Shown here: positions 8,996 to 16,595 of the stretch, piece by piece
Layout: each line of letters opens with the position of its first letter
Numbering within the stretch: the first letter of the stretch is position 1
NCBI GenBank assembly: GCA_019659055.1
Contig: JAIFWV010000003.1
Location: 14,706 to 78,705 of the forward strand
Reading direction: 5' to 3'
DNA from: Candidatus Doudnabacteria bacterium
Lineage (GTDB): Bacteria; Patescibacteriota; Doudnabacteria; UBA920; O2-02-FULL-48-8
Length of the DNA: 64,000 nt
Translations under genes and position numbers: made by a program
The notes under the pieces: generated by a model
What the model was told of the DNA's origin: nothing
The model's input: the letters and a program-made list of their open reading frames with translations, nothing else
The model's database searches: none

Positions 8996-10071
8996 TTATT
9001 TTCTCCAAAAGCTGAGAAGACTTTGCGGAGGGCAGGATCGTCCGCCGCGAGTCCTTCAACTTTTTGCAAACGTTTGAAAGTTTCCGCGTCGATCTGCGCC
9101 AAACTCATGAGCTTGGCGATCAGACGAATGATACTGTCTCGGTGCCCGTCGGTGAAGGCAGTCGGTTCAAGCGCCGCTGATTCCCCCATCTTCACGATTG
9201 AGTGCAGTGAAGAAATCATTGATCCGGCGAAGGCAAACGGCTCATTGATCTCCGTTTTCCCTTCCTTTGGCTGATTCGGTGCGACTGAGACATGAGAGCC
9301 ATTGCTCCCCGAGGCCAGTGTCCTGACTTTTGCCAGAACACTTTCTCGGGTCTCCGGCCGACCCTGATGCGCAAGGGCTTTTTTCAAAGACTGATGGTGC
9401 ACACCCAAGGCCTGACACATCGCCCAACGGCTCGGGTATCTCTTCTGCAATCCGGCGACAAGTTTTTTGAGCTCATCGTCTTCTTTTGCAGAACCCATCG
9501 CAGCCTGCGGTTTCCCGGGTCTCGCCGTAGCCCAGTCAATACTTGAGATGATCGCCCTGACTTCGGCTGTAAGCTCAGGAGTTACCCTGGTCAACTCATT
9601 GATTCGCCGAAGCGCTATGCTTTCGGCAAATTCCTGATGCGAACCAAAAAACGATCCGAACTGCTTGGCGGTGATCTGTTCCCGGTCGGGAACATTTGGC
9701 TGATTGCGGGCCTTGAGAAAAGCACTGAACAGCTCAAAGGCCAACTCGATCGTCTCTTTCGAATACGGTACGAGGGCCTTATAATTGTCCGAGAGCTCGT
9801 CTAGCAAGACGATAATCGCATCACAGTCAGCACAGTATTGCTTGCCGATGCGGTCGCGCACGGCGGAAATAAATTCCTTTCCACCCGGTTTGCGCTCGTT
9901 CCAAAACACGTTCGAGGCCTTATACCGGGTATGGAAAATTCGCGCCACATCGTCCTGGGTACCGTTTGGGGGTAGGTAACTTTCCATCACCACATGGAGC
10001 CAATCCAGAAGCATTTTCAGCCTCAGGACTTTGGCTTGTAGGGCTTCCATCTGAGGCAGTAAGTTGCTCAT
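8992..10071 (-). CDS. Hypothetical protein with a central helix-turn-helix-like segment, first gene of a two-gene operon with the GHKL ATPase
   Basis: 359 aa. The segment RWAMCQALGVHHQSLKKALAH resembles an HTH. GGAGGAATAATG Shine-Dalgarno. Its stop is translationally coupled by a 4-nt overlap to the GHKL gene. Confidence 0.5.
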   Translation of the reverse strand: MSNLLPQMEALQAKVLRLKMLLDWLHVVMESYLPPNGTQDDVARIFHTRYKASNVFWNERKPGGKEFISAVRDRIGKQYCADCDAIIVLLDELSDNYKALVPYSKETIELAFELFSAFLKARNQPNVPDREQITAKQFGSFFGSHQEFAESIALRRINELTRVTPELTAEVRAIISSIDWATARPGKPQAAMGSAKEDDELKKLVAGLQKRYPSRWAMCQALGVHHQSLKKALAHQGRPETRESVLAKVRTLASGSNGSHVSVAPNQPKEGKTEINEPFAFAGSMISSLHSIVKMGESAALEPTAFTDGHRDSIIRLIAKLMSLAQIDAETFKRLQKVEGLAADDPALRKVFSAFGENK

Positions 10072-10150
10072 TATTCCTCCAATATGTCGATTTGTATGTA
10101 CAAGTCATTGTATAAAACAAGACTCCACATAATAGAGAATTTTTGGGCTT

Positions 10151-10177
10151 TTGTCAATAGCCAAAACCCTGTATAAT
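10151..10177 (+). promoter_or_regulatory. Candidate sigma70 promoter (TTGTCA, 15 nt spacer, TATAAT) giving a near-leaderless mRNA for 10186..10761
   Basis: Perfect -10 hexamer and near-consensus -35 with a suboptimal 15-nt spacer. ATG lies 9 nt after the -10 and no Shine-Dalgarno is present. Confidence 0.4.
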
Positions 10178-10185
10178 TAGGCAAT

Positions 10186-10761
10186 ATGAGAAATATTGAA
10201 ACTAGTAATATAAACGATTTGGATTATCAAAAAGCCAATATCAACCCTGATATCGGTGATCAAGGCCATGCGGCTGAAGAGGTAGTTATGGAATTTTTTA
10301 AATCTATTCCTGCCATAGAAATCCGGCCAGCAACTACACTCGAAGATTCGGGCAAGGAACAAATCGGAAAAGATAAAGCCATAGATGCGATCGGATATTT
10401 GGAGGGCAAACCAGCTTTGGGTTTACAAATAACCACTGCCACCGACAGCAAAATTCGAAATCAAAAATCAAACGATTTACTGAACAGACCTTTCATAAGA
10501 TTGCCGGAAATGAAAACGACCGACACAGCCATGCCACGGACGTTGGTTTTTATAGATGCTGCCGAAGTTAAATCATTTCTGCAAGATCATAATTTTGATA
10601 ATCATCCGAAACTTAAACATCAGATTGTTGAAAGCAATGTAAACAGTTTGAAACTAGCACTTATGAAAACGCAGAATCCAAAAGAGCAAGAACTGATCAA
10701 CAAGCTGATGGTAATCTTCAGAGAACAACTTTCGGATAATGAAAAAGGCAAGACCCACTAG
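10186..10761 (+). CDS. Hypothetical protein (191 aa), AT-rich relative to neighbours
   Basis: Clean ORF in a locally AT-rich segment. A possible D...ExK arrangement (IDAIGYLEGK) is too compressed to call a PD-(D/E)xK nuclease. Confidence 0.45.
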   Translation: MRNIETSNINDLDYQKANINPDIGDQGHAAEEVVMEFFKSIPAIEIRPATTLEDSGKEQIGKDKAIDAIGYLEGKPALGLQITTATDSKIRNQKSNDLLNRPFIRLPEMKTTDTAMPRTLVFIDAAEVKSFLQDHNFDNHPKLKHQIVESNVNSLKLALMKTQNPKEQELINKLMVIFREQLSDNEKGKTH

Positions 10762-11010
10762 CTAGTGAATCTTGCCCAAAATCTGCGCCTTATCTATGGT
10801 AGCGTATTGTCCTCCTCCAAGTCGGAAGTAGAACTTGTCCGTATCCTGAGATACGGCCACGACTACTTCGCCTCCCTCGTCGAGCTCAAAAATGAGCTCG
10901 CTCGTTTTTTTGTTGACCCGTATTCCCTTCAGTTCCAGGGGTGTTTGGAGACTCAATCTCGGTAAAACTTGCGCTATCAATTGCAGCGTCGGTCCGTCTA
11001 CCGCCCGCAC
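10762..11010 (-). CDS. Hypothetical small protein (82 aa)
   Basis: Last gene of the minus-strand string. Its stop abuts the stop of the convergent plus-strand gene inside a 12-bp palindrome. Confidence 0.4.
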   Translation of the reverse strand: MRAVDGPTLQLIAQVLPRLSLQTPLELKGIRVNKKTSELIFELDEGGEVVVAVSQDTDKFYFRLGGGQYATIDKAQILGKIH

Positions 11011-11026
11011 TTGATCCTCCTTTCGA

Positions 11027-11359
11027 CTACTCTTTGAGTCCGGCCTTCTCTTTTGCCTTTTTCAAGGTCTCCTGGAATGCCGGATCATTCGCAATCCGCT
11101 TGGTTACGTTCTCCAGGGCCTTGGAAGCGTCAAACCGAAACTCCCTGGGCTTTTCACAGACCCCACATTTGACAAACAGCACATCGAGAAGTCGGTTGCT
11201 GCCATCATCTGTCTTCTGGAGTTCCTGACGGACGAACTTGTAGGAACCTCCGCAGTTACACGAAGTTTTCCTGACAATGTCATATTCTTCCGCGACGTTC
11301 TCGACACCGATGAGACTCACAGGATCGGAGATGATATCGTCTTTGACGCCTCTCTTCAT
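11027..11359 (-). CDS. Small zinc-ribbon-like protein (110 aa; CxC...27 aa...CxxC)
   Basis: The Cys pairs SCNCGG and KCGVCE suggest a 4-Cys zinc ribbon. Confidence 0.45.
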   Translation of the reverse strand: MKRGVKDDIISDPVSLIGVENVAEEYDIVRKTSCNCGGSYKFVRQELQKTDDGSNRLLDVLFVKCGVCEKPREFRFDASKALENVTKRIANDPAFQETLKKAKEKAGLKE

Positions 11360-11416
11360 TCAAACCTCCATTGTCAACTTGCCAGTATAGAGGTTTTCCG
11401 AGGCCTTGTCAACGCT

Positions 11417-12112
11417 TTAGGTCACCCGTTCCAAAAGCTCGCGATGGACAATCTGCAATTGCTTATTATGTACATCTGCGGGTACGCATTTGAGCAGAAG
11501 CTCTTGATCGATGTTCTCTACACCCTTGCCGTCGAAAACATCTAAAACTTGGGAGAAAATCTTCCAAAACGCAATGCAGATTCCAGGAGTCTTACTAGAA
11601 TCGGCTGTATCGCATGCAAACGACATCGGAAGATTATACTCAAGGCAGATCTCAAGACTGAGATTTGGCCCAATGGAACCAAAAATCCTCGCCGCATGCC
11701 CGGCAACGTCAACCTTGAGTGCCTGTGCGTGAGCAAAGTCTTGAAAAGTTTTGATGAACTTTTCACCGAAGGCGGCGTCCTTAAACAACATCGTGATGTA
11801 AGCCAGACTTCGGTTGGGATGAGCCGAGCACGAGTTCGTAGTGATAACCGGCAAATCCAGGAGCCTGGAAACAATATTTTTTATTGCCGGATCAACCAGC
11901 AGAAGTATTTGCGATTTGGAAACCCCCACCCTCAAAAGCACTTTCCAGACTTGCGTGTTGGTGATAGGTTCCGTCACCAGCGGCATGCCTGAAGCTCTGT
12001 CCCAGTCAATGAAGAGGACATCCTGGCTTGTCTTTTTGTACTCGGGTCTTAGATCGCCATAATAAATAAGGTGATTGGCCAAGGCATGAAGAGCGGTAAG
12101 ATCGTAAGACAT
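11417..12112 (-). CDS. Hypothetical protein (231 aa)
   Basis: GGAGGATAC Shine-Dalgarno then ATG at 12112 (MSYDLTALH...). The ORF-track start at 12142 lacks an RBS. No family recognised. Confidence 0.5.
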   Translation of the reverse strand: MSYDLTALHALANHLIYYGDLRPEYKKTSQDVLFIDWDRASGMPLVTEPITNTQVWKVLLRVGVSKSQILLLVDPAIKNIVSRLLDLPVITTNSCSAHPNRSLAYITMLFKDAAFGEKFIKTFQDFAHAQALKVDVAGHAARIFGSIGPNLSLEICLEYNLPMSFACDTADSSKTPGICIAFWKIFSQVLDVFDGKGVENIDQELLLKCVPADVHNKQLQIVHRELLERVT

Positions 12113-12238
12113 GTATCCTCCATACAGATTTTCCAGAAACATTAACAGCTGAGTGTATTAAAAATTGGACTCGCTGTCAATATATTTATTAAACGAAAAG
12201 AGCGGCACAATTGCTTGTGACGCTCCGTAGTTCATTCA

Positions 12239-12373
12239 TTTGTCCTCCTTCTTCCATTTTTGTTTTTCTTCTGACCGCTTGTACGCTCCTCGGCCTTTGT
12301 CGGGCCGATGAAATCCGCCGGTCTGGCGCGGCAGTGGCACACGCGGCAGTTTGGGTTTGCGGTCCTTACTCAT
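12239..12373 (-). CDS. Very basic 44-aa peptide, translationally coupled to the upstream 100-aa gene
   Basis: ATG at 12373-12371 overlaps the TGA stop of 12370..12672 (ATGA). GGGAGG lies 6 nt upstream. It is below the 60-aa threshold of the ORF track. Sequence MSKDRKPKLPRVPLPRQTGGFHRPDKGRGAYKRSEEKQKWKKEDK. Confidence 0.4.
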
Positions 12374-12672
12374 TTCTTTCCTCCCCAGGCAAGCATAACC
12401 TGCCATTTGTCGCGGTAAAAAATATTCAGGCGGCGATCGTTTTCTTTGACCACGATGATCTTCGCTAAAAAACCGCGCGAACGAATTCTCGCCAGAACTT
12501 TATGTCCGCTACGCCGCCAGCCGTATTCAGTATAAAAGAATTTACAGCTCTTGCCTTCCTGCCATTTCCATCTTCGGCCTGGTCCAGGCAATCCGGACTC
12601 AACCATTGCATCAGCAGCCAAAAGCATTGCTGAATTGAAGAGAGCTCCGGGAACTTCGATTCTGCGAAACAT
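12370..12672 (-). CDS. Hypothetical protein (100 aa from the ATG with a strong RBS; 159 aa if the upstream TTG is used)
   Basis: GGAGGAAAAATG at 12672. Contains KFFYTEYGWRRSGHK. No family recognised. Confidence 0.45.
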   Translation of the reverse strand: MFRRIEVPGALFNSAMLLAADAMVESGLPGPGRRWKWQEGKSCKFFYTEYGWRRSGHKVLARIRSRGFLAKIIVVKENDRRLNIFYRDKWQVMLAWGGKK

Positions 12673-12896
12673 TTTTCCTCCATAGAGAACCCGGGGAGAT
12701 GTGAAGGCGCTGGACTCTAGCAAGCGGTTTGCACCCGCAAGCTTCAAGGTCAAAAAGTCCATTCTGAAGCACCGGGAGACTTGAATGCGCGCCCGCTTTG
12801 CGGACACCACCCCCTCCAAGGTCCCATGCGCTGGCTTGCTGAAGGCCAAGCTTCCGATGCACGGTGTTTTTGCCTACGCCCTCACATCCCTCTGCT

Positions 12897-12976
12897 TGGG
12901 CCGGCCAGATTTTTATGGCAAACGATTGACCGGCTCAAGGAGAGGGACAAACTGTTGTTGCAACAGTTTGTGCAAA
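12897..12976. repeat. Leader-repeat copy 1: CGGCTCAAG-R-GGGACAAACT plus an 11-bp-stem hairpin (ACAAACTGTTG/CAACAGTTTGT)
   Basis: Diverged member of the three-copy element. It lies upstream on the minus strand of the 12672 gene. Confidence 0.6.
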
Positions 12977-13149
12977 AAATGTGCAGTCCGGGTCTTTGGC
13001 ATTGCGAGTGTTGGCCACCTCCCCATGTTTCCAACTTAGCCACTCGCTTTGCGACCCAGTGATCCGCCCTCGCTAAAAGCTTAGGCGGACCGTGTGCGGT
13101 TTACCGCACTCAGAATAGCCTCGAGCCGCTGCACCGGCTTGGCCGCGAT

Positions 13150-13440
13150 TCACAACTTATTTTTCAAACACCGATTTAAATAATTGCCGGTGATTTTACC
13201 ACCCTTTTCGACAGCGGTCTGGATGCAATCATCGCAAGCAAGACCCACATTGGGTTTTACCTCGGTGTGCGTCAGATCGATTTCATCGCCATCAAACTTA
13301 AACGAACCATAATACCCCGTAGCGAGAAGTCGACCATCTTCTTGGCACACTTCCACGCTACAGCCGTAACCCTGATCTGAACTGTTCGGAACACAGGGTT
13401 CAAACTGTTTTTGACAAGTGGCACAGATTATCTGTGGCAT
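13150..13440 (-). CDS. Small Cys-rich protein (96 aa), probable zinc-binding
   Basis: AAGGAGGAACAATG at 13440. Nine Cys residues including CATC, CSVEVC and CDDC. Preceded by leader-repeat copy 2. Confidence 0.5.
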   Translation of the reverse strand: MPQIICATCQKQFEPCVPNSSDQGYGCSVEVCQEDGRLLATGYYGSFKFDGDEIDLTHTEVKPNVGLACDDCIQTAVEKGGKITGNYLNRCLKNKL

Positions 13441-13444
13441 TGTT

Positions 13445-13515
13445 CCTCCTTCTTCAGCCGATGATGCCTGCACATTATCGGCTCAAGAGGGGGCACAAAC
13501 TTTTTCAGTTTGTGC
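13445..13515. repeat. Leader-repeat copy 2 (about 52 nt, one mismatch to copy 3, plus hairpin GCACAAACT-TTTTC-AGTTTGTGC)
   Basis: CTTCTTCAGCCGATGATGCCTGCACATTATCGGCTCAAGAGGGGGCACAAAC. It abuts the RBS of 13150..13440. Confidence 0.7.
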
Positions 13516-13635
13516 GTGGGATGTAACTGTGTGCAAGGTCACAGTTACGGAATCCCGAGGTCGCGGTGGTCTCGCCCTGCTTTATTTATTGGAGCAGGAT
13601 CCCCGCTTTCGCATACCTTATGCGCCTGTTTGGAA

Positions 13636-14151
13636 TCAAAAGGTTTTGATAAGCCCCGTGCGAGCCTTGCGGTCTGCAGTCGACGCCCATACCGCGAGTC
13701 CACGTCCTAAGTCCACTTTCATCATGGGACCGGTTCCGTAGAAACGCTGAGTATGATAGCCGAAGGCAATCCGCCGAGTTACGTTTACAAGTCCGGTAGA
13801 CTTGTACCAGTAACCCGAGCCGCCGTGCTCTGTAACGAAGTAGAACGATACTCTGTTCTTCCCCGCCCAGACTTCGGGACTTATCCGCCAAGGACGGCGG
13901 TCCGTTTCGATTCCTGCCACCACGCCAACCCACAACCATGGCTTCAGGGATTTGGATACACCGAGGAGACCTTCTCCCCATTTATCCGTCACCAGAAACC
14001 ATGCCGTGAGATCGACCTTCTTCCCAGATTTCACAACCTGGGCGTCGATTGTCGGCGTAATGCCCGTGGTTACCAGCTCGTTCTGGCTTTCCACGAAGGT
14101 CTGGGCCGAAACCCGAACCCCGAAAACCAGGACAAGGACAAACACGAACAT
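13636..14151 (-). CDS. Secreted protein with a signal peptide and alternating beta-strand pattern ending in Phe (small beta-barrel OMP-like by composition)
   Basis: AAAGGAGG Shine-Dalgarno. Start is ATG at 14151 or GTG at 14163. Signal peptide MFVFVLVLVFGVRVSA-QT, and C-terminal ...TGLIKTF. Preceded by leader-repeat copy 3. Confidence 0.4.
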   Translation of the reverse strand: MFVFVLVLVFGVRVSAQTFVESQNELVTTGITPTIDAQVVKSGKKVDLTAWFLVTDKWGEGLLGVSKSLKPWLWVGVVAGIETDRRPWRISPEVWAGKNRVSFYFVTEHGGSGYWYKSTGLVNVTRRIAFGYHTQRFYGTGPMMKVDLGRGLAVWASTADRKARTGLIKTF

Positions 14152-14185
14152 TATTTTTTTCACTAATCCTCCTTTAGGGATCATT

Positions 14186-14260
14186 CCCTTCTTCAGCCGA
14201 TGATGCCTGCACATTATCGGCTCAAGAAGGGGCACAAACTCGAATTGCTCGAGGTTGTGC
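14186..14260. repeat. Leader-repeat copy 3 (52 nt plus hairpin GCACAA...TTGTGC)
   Basis: Near-identical to copy 2 over 52 nt. It abuts the RBS of the secreted-protein gene. Confidence 0.7.
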
Positions 14261-14307
14261 AGAAACCTTCACGTGTCTCCTCCTGGAGAGATTTGGTGGG
14301 ACCAGGC

Positions 14308-14628
14308 CTAGCCTGGTCTGGTGGCAGATTTTGGATCCGCCGGCATGACCTTCTCGAAGGCCGCGTACATCGAGAAAAACTTGGCGTCCTTCTCACGCGT
14401 CTCCATACGCCTCTCGATTTCCTTGATGGTATCGAGATAGCGGAAGGTTTTGATCTTCTGCTCACGCGCCGCGTGGTTGTGGCGCGAACAGAGGACGTGG
14501 TTGGTGAGCTCGGCAACCGAAATTGCCCGCTTCACAACCTTGCGAATCGCGGCCAGCTCAGGCACGAATGCCTGGTCCGGTGAAAACCGCGAACCGCAGT
14601 TGGGAACGACGCACTTCAGTACACTCAT
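14308..14628 (-). CDS. Small zinc-finger-like protein (106 aa; Cx4C...34 aa...CxxH)
   Basis: TGGAGGTGAGTATG start context at 14628. Ligand spacing CVVPNC...LCSRH matches a C2CH arrangement. The ORF-track start at 14706 lacks an RBS. Confidence 0.5.
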   Translation of the reverse strand: MSVLKCVVPNCGSRFSPDQAFVPELAAIRKVVKRAISVAELTNHVLCSRHNHAAREQKIKTFRYLDTIKEIERRMETREKDAKFFSMYAAFEKVMPADPKSATRPG

Positions 14629-14943
14629 ACTCACCTCCAGTTGTGGTTGTTTATTTTGAAAGCTTTGGCGCCCCGATGTCGTCATGAGTAATGTAGACTC
14701 AATCACAGGCTAAGACCCAGACCCAGACGAGCGTTCCCCTGCAGACTTCAGACTCAGACCTTGATTCTAAAAGTCGCGGGAAACACTCCGAGTTCATAAG
14801 TTTTAGCTTTATGATTTAAGCTCATAATTTCTCATGACAACATCGGGTGTACCAAGACTACCTTTGGGGAGATCGTGTCCGGGATGGACACTCCCTCACC
14901 TCGGGTAATCCTGGTACCAAGCCGCAGCCTCAGATCCGGGGCG

Positions 14944-15885
14944 CTACTCCTCGCGCACCTTCAGGCCTGCAAGTTCTTGCAGGGCCTGCTGGCGGAGAGT
15001 TTCGGCCGCGGACCTGATCCGCTCCATCTCCAGGTGGTACCTTTCGGCTTCCACCCGGTAGATGCCGTACGCGGACTGGTAGGCGCGCTCCTGTTCCAGG
15101 TTGTAAGCCCGGACGGCGTCCTTGATCTGCTTCTTACAGCCGTTGAGCTGTCTCTGCAGATCGTTGTACTCCGCTTGGAGCTTGTCACGCAAGCCCGAGA
15201 GGCTTGTGAGCTCCTCTTCGGAGTAGGCACGCTTCCATTGAGTGATCGCCCACCCTGTCTGGGTGAGCTGCCGCTCGCCCAATGGCAGAGGCTTGATCAA
15301 CTCGCGGAAAAACGCGCTTTGCTCCGAGAGGAGCTTGCCGAGCACGGCGGCACGGCTGTTGAGTTCGTTCGCTTTCTTCCAGAAAGCGAATTCGAACTTC
15401 TCGAGCACAACCGGGTTCAGGTTGGCAATCATCTCGTCAATGTTTGCCAAATCCATGAACTTGTCGGTTGAGCAAATCGTGCCGCGTGATGCCCCGTCCG
15501 GCGAAACCGGAAGCTCGGGCAAAGGATTTGCGATAAACGATCGCAGGTCCATGTGCTCAAGCTCGGCCTGGAAACTCTTGTAGAGTTTCAGGCTATGCAT
15601 GAGCGTGGCTACGCGGGCGTTGCGCTTTGCAACTCCCGTGTAGGCGTCGATGTCTTTCTCCTGGAGTTTGGCTACGTACAGTTCCTTGGAACTGGAACCG
15701 CCTCCAAGAAAAGAGAGCTCGGGCTGGAAAACGGTGCGGATTGCATCCGACACTCGTCCCCAGAACGTGTCGTTCTCCTGCTTGTGCTCGGCCTGGATCC
15801 GCGAAATCTCGCTGATCGAAACGCCGGCACCCGCCGTGAGGAACATCGGAACGCGCACACCGAAGATACGGGTCAGGTTTTCCAT
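14944..15885 (-). CDS. Hypothetical protein (314 aa) with a long C-terminal coiled-coil/helical region
   Basis: AGGAGGTG Shine-Dalgarno then ATG at 15885 (MENLTRIFGVRVPMF...). The C-terminal third is heptad-like and Q/E/R/L-rich. No family recognised. Confidence 0.5.
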   Translation of the reverse strand: MENLTRIFGVRVPMFLTAGAGVSISEISRIQAEHKQENDTFWGRVSDAIRTVFQPELSFLGGGSSSKELYVAKLQEKDIDAYTGVAKRNARVATLMHSLKLYKSFQAELEHMDLRSFIANPLPELPVSPDGASRGTICSTDKFMDLANIDEMIANLNPVVLEKFEFAFWKKANELNSRAAVLGKLLSEQSAFFRELIKPLPLGERQLTQTGWAITQWKRAYSEEELTSLSGLRDKLQAEYNDLQRQLNGCKKQIKDAVRAYNLEQERAYQSAYGIYRVEAERYHLEMERIRSAAETLRQQALQELAGLKVREE

Positions 15886-16118
15886 AGCACACCTCCTGAA
15901 AGCCACATACTCGTGTGGCGTTTTTGTTGTTGGTTGAATTGGGAAGGAACTTCCCCCACCTAAACTGATTTTATTAAACCAGCTTGGGCAGGGGCATAAA
16001 TCAACTGGTGATTTATGCGAATCGTCTTTGACCTCCAAGACAAGGAGTGTTCGTATAGGCCCAACACACAAGGCACGGGATCAATCGCAGGCAAGGGGCT
16101 ACGACTGATCATTGGGAC

Positions 16119-16292
16119 TTAGCGCCAGGTTCGGCGCGTCATCCCTCCCATCGGAATGGAGATGATGCGGACGAAGTTCCGAGGCTCTTTCGAACCGCGG
16201 GCCTTCTTGGGCTTGGCCGCAATCGGCTGACCGGCGGGGGTAAACCCGTGCGAACGCAGAATCTGATCCGCCGCGGCCGTAAGATTTTTCAT
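16119..16292 (-). CDS. Small basic protein (58 aa)
   Basis: TTGGAGGACAGAGATG at 16292. Sequence MKNLTAAADQILRSHGFTPAGQPIAAKPKKARGSKEPRNFVRIISIPMGGMTRRTWR. Confidence 0.4.
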   Translation of the reverse strand: MKNLTAAADQILRSHGFTPAGQPIAAKPKKARGSKEPRNFVRIISIPMGGMTRRTWR

Positions 16293-16560
16293 CTCTGTCC
16301 TCCAAAAACTTGGGGTAAGTAGCTTACCCAGGTCAGCTCCTAGGGTACTTTGATTAACTAGGAGCCAGCCTCGAAAAACTACTGTGTCAGTCCCTAACAA
16401 CAAATCTTAGACGATTTTAGAAATTCTGTCAAGGGCATTTGACGATGTTACCGTATTTTTGGCTTATCTTAGCCATTATTTTTATGTCTAGGATGACTGA
16501 CATAATTGCAATTAAGTTGCTTATATGTAAACTTTACCCACGTCTATGAGTCAGATAGAG

Positions 16561-16589
16561 TTGACAAAAAACCCAATCTGGTATATACT
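16561..16589 (+). promoter_or_regulatory. Perfect consensus sigma70 promoter: TTGACA, 17 nt spacer, TATACT
   Basis: TTGACAaaaaacccaatctggtaTATACT. Both hexamers and the spacing are optimal. Confidence 0.7.
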
Positions 16590-16595
16590 TTAAAC

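Noticed and set aside
10186-10761. PD-(D/E)xK nuclease call for the AT-rich 191-aa protein (IDAIGYLEGK)
   Set aside because: The D...ExK spacing is only 5 residues and there is no supporting upstream acidic residue pattern, which is too weak to call.
12781-13062. Plus-strand 84-93-aa Cys/His/Trp-rich ORFs in the 12.7-13.1 kb spacer
   Set aside because: They have no RBS and low-complexity GC-driven composition. The region is better explained as the diverged leader-repeat copy and hairpins.
13636-14151. Confident outer-membrane beta-barrel (Ail/Lom/OmpX) assignment, implying a diderm host
   Set aside because: It is based only on signal peptide, alternating pattern and C-terminal Phe. It is kept as a low-confidence descriptive call, with no inference about the cell envelope.
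12897-14260. Possible CRISPR array because of three copies of a 50-nt repeat with hairpin
   Set aside because: Spacing is irregular (about 520 and 740 nt), the intervening sequence contains full genes with RBS, and copy 1 is strongly diverged. It behaves as a leader/promoter cassette, not a repeat-spacer array.
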